In this document: in pieces, positions 1 through 8,800 of the stretch
Layout of the letters: each line of letters starts with the position of its first letter
Numbering within the stretch: the first letter of the stretch is position 1
NCBI GenBank assembly: GCA_965649055.1
Contig: CBFGJG010000048.1
Span: 1-13,413, forward strand
DNA from: a candidate division WOR-3 bacterium
Lineage (GTDB): Bacteria > Hydrothermota > UBA3072 > B12-G15
Direction: 5' to 3'
DNA length: 13,413 nucleotides
Notes under the pieces: model-generated
Told to the model about the DNA's origin: nothing
Database searches by the model: none
What the model saw: the letters and a program-made list of their open reading frames with translations, nothing else
Program-made: the position numbers and the translations under genes

Positions 1-468
1 ATTTCAAAAATTGATTCAATAAAAGAGATAGGACATTTAGATCTGAATAAGTATGTAACGAAGGTTAAGGTTTTAAATAATTATGCTTATGTTCTTGATA
101 TGAACGGTATGAGTATTGTTGATATCTCAAATCCAACAAATCCAGTTTTGTTATCTTATTTTCCAACCCCACCGGGTGCTTTTGGATTTTTTATAGAAGA
201 AGATGTAGCCTATATTGCATCAGGTGATAGCGTCTATATATTGAATATTTCAAACCCTTCTTTACCAACAAAAATTTCCTGTTTTGTGCCTGAAGAAGCA
301 AACCAAAACGCTATGGATGTTTTCGTCCTTAATAAACTTGCATATCTTGCTTGTGCTAATGGTGGCCTGATAATCCTTGATGTTTCAAATCTGTCTTCAC
401 CCTGCGAAAAAGGCAGATGGAGATTAAACAGTCATAACGGAAGCGCAGTAGGGATTTTCGTTAAATAA
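1..468 (+). CDS. LVIVD-repeat beta-propeller protein, C-terminal part (5' end outside the window)
   Basis: Frame 1 is open from base 1 (ISKIDSIKEIGHLDLNKYVTKVKVLNNYAYVLD...). It carries three LVIVD-type repeats: YAYVLD..GMSIVDISNPTNP, VAYIASGDSVYILNISNPSLP and LAYLACANGGLIILDVSNLSSP. The TAA is at 466-468. Confidence 0.9.
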   Translation: MSKIDSIKEIGHLDLNKYVTKVKVLNNYAYVLDMNGMSIVDISNPTNPVLLSYFPTPPGAFGFFIEEDVAYIASGDSVYILNISNPSLPTKISCFVPEEANQNAMDVFVLNKLAYLACANGGLIILDVSNLSSPCEKGRWRLNSHNGSAVGIFVK

Positions 469-476
469 GTAACAAC

Positions 477-580
477 GAAACAAAATGTTGCAACTGAACA
501 GTTGAAATAAAGCGTTAATTTTTTAATTCATTAAAAATCAATGTATTAAAATTATAAATTTCAGGCACAAAATTTTTATA
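477..580 (+). promoter_or_regulatory. Possible sigma54-type regulatory region: dyad sites, IHF box, and a -24 element with a degenerate -12
   Basis: Imperfect dyad GAAAC-AAAAT-GTTGC at 477-491 and perfect dyad CAACTG-AA-CAGTTG at 491-504. AATCAA-TGTA-TTA at 536-548 matches the IHF consensus WATCAANNNNTTR exactly. AGGCAC at 563-568 fits -24, but TT replaces GC at the -12 position (576-577). Confidence 0.35.
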
Positions 581-600
581 TCTATAAGCTGGAGGTGAAA

Positions 601-1218
601 ATGGCTTATAAAGATGATAATAGTGTTGGTATTAAGGCAAATCCTTTTCAGGTCTTAATCTTTGATATAATTGATTTATTGAAGATAGATAGATTCCGGC
701 CCTATATAAAAGCTATTGGACTGCCAAGATATGAGTACACAGCCATTGATTTCTCAACCGGTGGTGTATTTCTGTGTTTTGGATTGAAAAGGAATAATAA
801 TACGGTGGCAATTTTTACCCGGTATATCCTTGAACATCTTTTTTCATTTGGTGTTACAATAAATGATATGGTGATAAAAACAGTAGATAGCCCTGAATTC
901 GGCAGTGAAGAAGGAGGCAACAAATTTTTAAAAGTATTGAAAGAATATGGTGTAAAATATGGTTTGGTGAGTAAAAACAATGATATTATGATTGAGGTGG
1001 AATATTTTCATAAATTAATCGAAAACGAATTTTATAATACAGAGGATTTCAGAAATCTTGATGAATTCCTGACAAAATCTTATAATTTCAATATTTATCT
1101 TAATTTTATTAAAAAGAAAAACATAAAAGATTCAAGGTCTGCTGTTGAGATACTTAAAGAGAATACATTAGAAATTTCACCTCAAGTGTTTAATCTTCCT
1201 CCAATAGTGATTGATTAA
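601..1218 (+). CDS. IS481-like integrase/transposase catalytic core (rve, RNase H fold) lacking the N-terminal HTH, with a degenerate DDE triad
   Basis: RBS GGAGG at 591-595 precedes ATG 601. The motifs FQVLIFDIIDL, GLPRYEYTAID, KTVDSPEF (compare QTDNGSEF), EVEYFHKLIENEFY and terminal LPPIVID follow the IS481-like pattern in order. Confidence 0.75.
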   Translation: MAYKDDNSVGIKANPFQVLIFDIIDLLKIDRFRPYIKAIGLPRYEYTAIDFSTGGVFLCFGLKRNNNTVAIFTRYILEHLFSFGVTINDMVIKTVDSPEFGSEEGGNKFLKVLKEYGVKYGLVSKNNDIMIEVEYFHKLIENEFYNTEDFRNLDEFLTKSYNFNIYLNFIKKKNIKDSRSAVEILKENTLEISPQVFNLPPIVID

Positions 1219-4200
1219 TAAATTTCTTTTAATCTTTCAATTCTTCTACATTTTTCTTCGTTTTTCATTTTTTTAAATATATTTATAGCTTCATCAAAAT
1301 ATTTCAAATAATCCTTTACACCAAATCTTTTAAGGATTTTCCCACATTCTAATAAAGATTCACCAAGATTTTTCAAGAGTCCAAATTCTATAAAAATGTT
1401 TATACCTTTCTCTATCGTTTCCAAACCTATTCTTTTTTTATCTTCAGATTTTTCTAATATTGAAGAAATCAGAATAACCTTTCCTATACTTATCAAACTC
1501 ATCGCTTCCCCTTCTTTTATATTTGAACTCCGGCTTAATTCCAAAGCCCTGTATGCATATTCCTTTGAAACATTTATATTTGTTCCACATTCTAACTCAA
1601 CCTTCGATAAAAAATTTAATGTCTGGATTAGGTAATATCTGTCATCAAGCTCTTCAAAGATTTTTCTTGCTTCAATAAGCCTTTTTTTTGCTTCTTCGTA
1701 ATCTTTTAATTCAATGTAAACATTCCCAATATTGTTGTTTGATATACCTATTCCTCTTTTAAAACCAATTTTCTCAGAGATTTCATAATATTTCTTATAA
1801 AATTCAAGCGCATTTTCATATTCACCCTTATCAAAATATACATCACCAATATTTCCATTAACTATTGCTATTCCAAGTGCGTCATTTATTTCTTCAGAAA
1901 TATTCAATATTTTTTCATAAAATTCTATCGCTTTATCATACTCTCCAAGATTTGCATAAACAATTCCAAGATTACCATATGCCATCCCTTTCCCTCTTTT
2001 ATCATTTAATTCTTCGGAAATTTTAAGTTTTTGATTATAACATTCTATTGCTTCTGAATATTTCCCAAGGTCGCTTTTTACAAGTCCAATATTATTATAA
2101 GCAGTTCCTATTCCTTTTTTATCACCTATTTCTTCTGATATTTTCAGTTTTTTCATGTAGCACTCAATAGCCTTTTCATATTCACCCCTATTAGCATAGA
2201 TATTTCCAAGATTATTGTAAGCTGCTCCAGTATCTCTTTTATCACCTAATTCCTTTGAAGTCTCTAAGGCCTTCTCGTAAAATTCAATAGCCTTTTGATA
2301 ATCACCTTGAATTGAATATGTCATCCCGATATTATTATATAAATTGCCTATTACCTTTTTTAGTTCTTTGTTGCTTATATTATTTTTTTGTGAATACTCA
2401 AGAATTTCATTAAGTGTTTTGTTTGCAATCTCAAGAGAATATTTGTAATCGCATCTTATTCTATATATCCAGCTCAGTAATCCAAAAATATTACCATATT
2501 CGATTTTTGCTTCCATGCTTTCAGGGATTTCAGAATATATTTTAGATGCTTCATTTAGCAATTGTAAAGCCTCATCATATTTACTCTGATTCTGAAGTAT
2601 ATTAGCCTTCATCCTGAAAGATTTTATTATATTTAATTTATCATTCCTATCATAATTATACATTTCATCGTAAATTTCAATTGCTTCATCATATTTACCG
2701 AGAATTTCATATATTTCACCTATTGACACATAGATGTTTATACCAGGTTTTTTGCATAGTTTTTGAACGGAGATACTAATTGCATCTCTATAAAATTTTA
2801 TAGCATCTTCATTTTTGTAATTTTGTTTCGAATAATCTCCCGCTCTATAACTATATTCATAAGCCTTTTCCCAATCACATGCATTATTATAATGATATGC
2901 AAGTATACCATAAAAACCATGGATGTTATCTTTATTTAATTTCTCTATCGTTTCTCCAACTGCATTATGCAAAAATCTTTTACGTTCTATGAGAATAGAA
3001 TCATATATCACATCTTTTATCAATGCATGCCTAAAGATATACTCAATTTCTTTTCTCATTCTTACATATGTTAGACCTTCTCTAACAGTCACCTTTAATG
3101 GTTCCTGGACATCTCTGTTTAGTATACTTGAAATAATCTTACCACTGAATTCGAGACCAATAACACTTCCAATTACAAGGCATTCCTTTGAAACATTTTC
3201 TAATCTATCAACCCTTGACATAATTGCAGCCCAAATATTTTCAGGGAGTTCTTCTTCTTTAAATAGTTCAGTCTTTATCCATTCAGTTTCCATCTCCTTT
3301 AAAAATCCTTTTTCTATTATATTTAACAGGTATTGCTCAATGTAAAAGGGATTACCTTCTGTTCTTTTTAATAGCATTTCTAATACATCGTATGGTATTT
3401 TTTTATTTTTTAAAATTTCCGTTATAAGTTTGTCAGTGTTTGTCTTATTTAAAGGTTCAAGCTGAATATTTACATATTGAATTCCGTCAGGAATTAATAT
3501 TTCACTATCCAAAGATGGACTTGTTCTTCCAGTAAATATAAATGAAATATCTTCTTTTCTTTTAGAAAGTTTTAGCAAAACTCTTGTCAAATAGTTAATT
3601 ATCTCTATATCTTCACCTGTTAGTAAATGTGTGTCATCTAAAATTAATACAATCTTTTTCTGTTTTTGGCTTTCAATATAGTATCTTAAAGCATCTTTTA
3701 AGTTTTCAATCTTCAATTTAGGTTCAACTTTTTCATATATTGAATCGGGATATTTTATGTTGAGTAACATCGAAGCCATTAATGGAATTCTTTTTATCAA
3801 TTCTTCATTTTTAAGACTTGTTATATGTTCTTCTAACTTTTTTTTCTTTTGCTGTAAATCTTCTTCAGGTGTTATTCCTGATTCGTTTACAATCAGATTT
3901 GTAAAAGGACTATAAGCACTTTTTAACTCATTTGCATTTCCAATAAGGATTTTAAAATTATCATCAAGTCTTGTGCGGATTTCATCTATTAATCTTGTTT
4001 TTCCAATTCCCGGTTCTCCTTTTATAAAGATAATACTATTTCCTTTTTGAGTCATATTTAGAATTTTCTCTATTTCTTTGTCTCTCCCTACACAACTAAA
4101 CCTGTAAAATTTTCTCTGAATTTCTTTTTTGGGTAAATAAACTTTCAAGGGCTTTGTTTTACCTTTTACATTTATCGGTTCTATTACTTCAAATTCAAAA

Positions 4201-5309
4201 AGGTCCTGAACAATTCTTTTGGTTGATTCATCTATTAGAATTTGATTTACAGGACTTTTTGACATTATTCTTGCAGCGATATTAACACAATCTCCAATAA
4301 CAGTATACTCTTTCTGATATTCCGAACCTACAATCCCTGCATAAACATATCCTGTTGATACACCTATTTTGATTTTAAACGGGCTTTCTATATTCTTTAT
4401 TTCCATTGCAGAAAGTAGAGCAAATTCAGTGGATTTTTCGTGTGAAAAAGGAGCACCAAATGTTATCATTATTTTACTTCCAATATTATTTATATCGATT
4501 TTATTTATTGAGCCTTTATATTTTTCGATAATATCTATGATGTTAACAAATACTTTATTAATATAATTTATCTCAGGATGTTCTTCATCATATCCATATA
4601 GATTAACAAAAAGAGTTGTTACCACTCTGTGTTCTCCTGAAATTCCTGATTTTATAAATTCAATTACACCTTCAGGAATAAACTTAAAGATGGAATCTTT
4701 GTCAATCCCCTCTTGTGTTTCATTAATAAACAAGAGTTTATTTTCAGTGGTTTGCGGCAAATCAGTTTTTTTTTCAATCCTTCCATTTATCCAAACTTCA
4801 TTTGGGTTGGCTTTTTCTTCATATTGTGCGATTCTTTTTATTAGATCACCACTTAAAAATAGAACTGCCCTTCTATTATCTCCCAAAATACATTCTTTCC
4901 ATTCACCTGTTTCTATAACAATCTTCATTGTTATACCTGCTTTTCCAACAATTGTATCTATTGATTTAAATTTTTCTATTTCATTCATAAGAGAAATTGC
5001 GCAACTTGAAGAAAGTTCCTTAGAGATTTCTTTATCACCATAAAATCCAACAAGGATAGAATCACCACCAAACTTCAATGGAATTCCTTGATATTTTTTT
5101 ATAACTTTTAACATAGAAGAAAAGTAATTATTCAGAATCTTTGTTAATTCTTCTGTCCCTTCTTTTCCAAAGTTGCACATTCTTTCAGAAAGTTCTGTGA
5201 AACCTGAAATATCCATTATCATAAGAGAACCTTTTACCGATTCGATTTTTTTTCCTTCTCTTCTTAAAAGACCTTTGAATAAAAAACTTCTTAAATCTAT
5301 ATCTTTCAT
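1215..5309 (-). CDS. Class III adenylate cyclase with two cyclase domains (sAC-like) + STAND/AAA_16 ATPase + TPR repeats
   Basis: C1 has MDISGFT and LKFGGD. C2 has INKID...ITFGAP and EYTVIGDCVNIAARIM. The ATPase has Walker A GEPGIGKT, Walker B LILDD, GNPFYIEQ and YIFRHALIKDVIY. The C-terminal TPR array follows the pattern AYNNLGNIYANRGEYEKAIECY. Confidence 0.95.
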   Translation of the reverse strand: MKDIDLRSFLFKGLLRREGKKIESVKGSLMIMDISGFTELSERMCNFGKEGTEELTKILNNYFSSMLKVIKKYQGIPLKFGGDSILVGFYGDKEISKELSSSCAISLMNEIEKFKSIDTIVGKAGITMKIVIETGEWKECILGDNRRAVLFLSGDLIKRIAQYEEKANPNEVWINGRIEKKTDLPQTTENKLLFINETQEGIDKDSIFKFIPEGVIEFIKSGISGEHRVVTTLFVNLYGYDEEHPEINYINKVFVNIIDIIEKYKGSINKIDINNIGSKIMITFGAPFSHEKSTEFALLSAMEIKNIESPFKIKIGVSTGYVYAGIVGSEYQKEYTVIGDCVNIAARIMSKSPVNQILIDESTKRIVQDLFEFEVIEPINVKGKTKPLKVYLPKKEIQRKFYRFSCVGRDKEIEKILNMTQKGNSIIFIKGEPGIGKTRLIDEIRTRLDDNFKILIGNANELKSAYSPFTNLIVNESGITPEEDLQQKKKKLEEHITSLKNEELIKRIPLMASMLLNIKYPDSIYEKVEPKLKIENLKDALRYYIESQKQKKIVLILDDTHLLTGEDIEIINYLTRVLLKLSKRKEDISFIFTGRTSPSLDSEILIPDGIQYVNIQLEPLNKTNTDKLITEILKNKKIPYDVLEMLLKRTEGNPFYIEQYLLNIIEKGFLKEMETEWIKTELFKEEELPENIWAAIMSRVDRLENVSKECLVIGSVIGLEFSGKIISSILNRDVQEPLKVTVREGLTYVRMRKEIEYIFRHALIKDVIYDSILIERKRFLHNAVGETIEKLNKDNIHGFYGILAYHYNNACDWEKAYEYSYRAGDYSKQNYKNEDAIKFYRDAISISVQKLCKKPGINIYVSIGEIYEILGKYDEAIEIYDEMYNYDRNDKLNIIKSFRMKANILQNQSKYDEALQLLNEASKIYSEIPESMEAKIEYGNIFGLLSWIYRIRCDYKYSLEIANKTLNEILEYSQKNNISNKELKKVIGNLYNNIGMTYSIQGDYQKAIEFYEKALETSKELGDKRDTGAAYNNLGNIYANRGEYEKAIECYMKKLKISEEIGDKKGIGTAYNNIGLVKSDLGKYSEAIECYNQKLKISEELNDKRGKGMAYGNLGIVYANLGEYDKAIEFYEKILNISEEINDALGIAIVNGNIGDVYFDKGEYENALEFYKKYYEISEKIGFKRGIGISNNNIGNVYIELKDYEEAKKRLIEARKIFEELDDRYYLIQTLNFLSKVELECGTNINVSKEYAYRALELSRSSNIKEGEAMSLISIGKVILISSILEKSEDKKRIGLETIEKGINIFIEFGLLKNLGESLLECGKILKRFGVKDYLKYFDEAINIFKKMKNEEKCRRIERLKEIY
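1681..2350 (-). repeat. 120-bp (40-aa) tandem TPR-coding repeats
   Basis: Similar blocks start at 1801, 1921, 2041, 2161 and 2281 (e.g. cactcaatagccttttcatattcacc vs aattcaatagccttttgataatcacc), with a more diverged copy near 1681. Confidence 0.85.
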
Positions 5310-5319
5310 AATATATATA

Positions 5320-5347
5320 AATTTAAAACTTTATAATGATAAGTCAA
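5320..5347 (-). promoter_or_regulatory. Putative sigma70-type promoter of the cyclase gene
   Basis: On the minus strand: TTGACT (5347-5342), a 16-nt spacer, then TAAATT (5325-5320), 10 nt upstream of ATG 5309. There is no Shine-Dalgarno sequence. Confidence 0.45.
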
Positions 5348-5806
5348 TATATATTTTTTCAGTATTGAAATATTATAATTTTAATTTCCTTTAAGACTTT
5401 TGGAATTATATTCACGTCCAGAAAAAGTTAAAATAGGATAATGAATAATTAGAAAAATGTATTGACTTGGCGAATAATCATTTCTTTTTCTGACTGCTTT
5501 GTCCATTTTATTTTACCGTTGGGGATTTTGAAGACTTATCATAATTTAGCTTTATCAATAATATCATCCAATAAAGATTTGCAAAAAAGCGTAATCTTTA
5601 TAAACTCTTTGACTCAAATAACAGTTTTTATAATAATTTATTTAAGCTTTCTTTTATTATTTTAGAATTTAATCTTTTAAAACTTATCATTAACAATCAA
5701 ATAATTCTAGAAAATATATCATTAAATATTCTTCATTATTTAATATGTTTAAATATTAAAATTAAACCAAAGAAATTTATATCTTGTTTTTTATTTCAAA
5801 GTTAAA

Positions 5807-8800
5807 CTATCTTAAAATTATCAATTTCCTTTTATCCAGAACTCTATTTTCATTTGAAACTGTTATAAAATACACACCTTTCTTCATATTCTCGATGTTA
5901 ATATAAATCAAGTTTTCCATACCACCTTCTATTGTTTTTTCAAAATATTTAATTTGTCTTCCACAAATATCAAATATTTTGAATTTGTATTTTTCAGTCT
6001 TTGGGGCAGTAATAGTAAACTTTAAATTATTATCAAAAGCTATAGTGGGCATATTTAAGTTATATGTATATATATCGTTTTTCTTTTTGCCATTATACCC
6101 CCAATGAATATCATCGTCTGGACCACTTGGGTGCAATGGATCAGAATGTTGTGAGCCTTCATAATATTTAGTTATCAATCTATCTGCAATAGTCCTTGCG
6201 CCTGGAATATATCTTTTAAAAAATACAGGTTCATAACCTCCATTTAAGCCATATCCTACACCAGTTCCTATTACAATGCATATGGTCTCATTATTTGCTA
6301 TAGTAAAAGGCCCTAAAGATAAATTAAATCTATAATCAAATACAGAAGCACCAAGGTCATATGGATGTGGTAAAAATTTATACCCAAACATTTTAGGATG
6401 TCTACCTGACATAAATAGATATTTATCTTTATCTGTTCCAGGGTCGTCATTCCAGTTCCACCAAGAATGTGAAGCAGGCCTTATTATTCTTATAGTATCA
6501 TTATTTTTACCAATATAAATGGAATCACTGCCTGATGGTGGTGCATAAATAACATTTGCAAAAATATAACCTGGTGATAAACCATTATCACCAGTATCAT
6601 CTTCAATTGTTGCAGGGTCATCCCCATCATACATATATGACATATTTCTGTAAACAAAGAATGTATCATTATAAACTGTATTTTCGTCAGGGTCATCACC
6701 ATATATGAATCCCTGGTCTGGATAACCATCTGATGATAAAAATATTGTATCTTTTAGAATTGTGTATTCATCACTTGGAGAGGGAAAATGTGATAAATTT
6801 ATCCATTCGTTTCCTGTCCAACCATCATAGCAAACAAGGTCATCTATATGTGGATTTTCATTATCAGCTTCTGATATATCTGCATCAAAACAAATGGAAA
6901 CATAAACATCTCTCAATTTGTTTGGTGCTTGAACTCCTGTTATATTGAATTTAGACTTATTATATATTATATAAATCTCATATGCTTTTGCATGGGAAAG
7001 GATTGGATCAAAAGCCCAGCCAATACATCTCTGTATAATTTTTAATCCGAGTTTGTAAGAATTGGTATAATATCCTTCATAATCGACATATTCTGAAACA
7101 ATATCAAGGTCACCCTTTCCTCTTGCATAATATTTCCAAGATGTATCTGATGGTGAAAACTCGTAAGAACCATAATCAGCATGAGAAACATAAATATTCT
7201 CACCAACCTTAGCACCTATCCATAGACGACCTTCCCATAAGTAATAATAACCAGAAAAATTCGGCCAATCATAAGAAGGATTGCCTGTCTGGTCTGCATT
7301 TGGGTAACCAAATAAACCAAAGTTTGAGACTACAGCTGAAAGAAAGCCTACATCATTGGTTATAAAAGATGGGATATAAGTAGGCTGATTTACAAAATTA
7401 TTATATTTTTCTATTGTTTTTTCTATCGATCTTTCGAGCACACTTGAACCATATTTATAAACAGCAGAAATCTTGTAAATTATTGTATCACCTGTTACAT
7501 TAGGGTCATTATAGAAATGATTGGTATAATTTATTTTAATTAATGTATATGGGCTCGAATCTATCTTTCTATATATTTTATAATATAGGAGGTTGTTCTT
7601 CGATTCAAGGAAGGGATTCCTCCAATATTCTGGTGGGAACCAATAAAGAAACACATTATTATTCATATCCTGATAACCCCTTAAATGATAAGGTGGTGAA
7701 AATAAGGACGGATGATTTTTCACAGTATCACTCGGTGAGGATGTGCAGTCACTGTAATTCGCAATCACATAGTAATAATAAACTGAATCATTAAATACAG
7801 AGTTGTCTACAAAATGAGTTGAATCTATGGTAGCAATAGGGTAAAAAATCATATCTGTGCTACAAGCCCTGAATATTGTAAAATTCAAAAAATATTTATA
7901 TGAAGCGAAAGGTCTTTCCCAGACCAATTCAACTTTTCTATTTAAGTAATCTGAGATTGTCCTTAGATTAAAAGGTCTATTAAAAGTCTTGTATGGATAA
8001 TCAAGTTTAACTTCACATCCTGTTTTTGATGTGAAAAAATAATAGTATGTAAAGTATGTTAGAAAAGGTTTAGAAACTATTCCATCATTGTAAGGCTGAA
8101 AAGAAAAATCTTCTATAATTGTATCATTTCCACATTTTAAAATCTTTAAGGAGAGATTCGCATTCTTCTGCGCAGTTATATATAACCAGTTTCCTGCAAC
8201 AAAACTTGTATCCTTTAAAGAATTAATTTCAAGAAGTTCAGAAATTCTTTTTTGATAAGGGAATTTCTTAATTAGATCTTCACCAATAATAGTTGTAGCA
8301 TAATTAAACCCATAAATAGGTGGTTTGTCAAGTTTCAATGCTATACGATAATTACTGAATATATCATAAAAATTTTCACTAATACCATTATTTTTCAAGG
8401 CAGAATCAATTCCTTCTATACTGTTATATGGGGAAAGAAGAATATCCTTTATTAAATTGTTTCCATAGTTTTCATAAAGATAAAGTGCAAATGTGAATCC
8501 AGCTGAAGAATTTGATGCATTTTTGAGATAACCAGAAACAGAATAATTCCCGGCAAAGTTCCCTTCACCAAAGTATGTTAGATAAACACCATATTGTTTA
8601 AGAATATTATCAATCCATTCTTCTTCATCCTCATCATAATTGTAATGTATAAGCAGTGTCATAGTTCTTGAGATATCTTTTATTGAATTATCATAATTTT
8701 TGCCTAATAATTGATAATCCCAATAAATAACTTCAGACTTATTTGAATAGGCATTATAGAGATCAAGGTCAACTGGATTAAAGAATGAATAGCACCAGTT

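Noticed and set aside
486..510. GTTGCAACTGAACAGTTGAAA as a CRISPR repeat
   Set aside because: It is a single copy with no spacer-repeat array.
486..1218. Complete active IS element
   Set aside because: There is no HTH domain, the second catalytic Asp is altered, and no right inverted repeat or target duplication is visible.
702..5394. Antisense ORFs 702-980, 1396-1635, 2923-3345, 4369-4566, 4690-5043 and 5173-5394
   Set aside because: They are shadows of well-supported genes on the opposite strand, with Ser/Phe/Ile-rich composition and no recognisable motifs.
5462..5665. 67-aa + strand ORF with a TTG start
   Set aside because: It has no recognisable domain or convincing RBS, and its hydrophobicity is explained by T-rich DNA.
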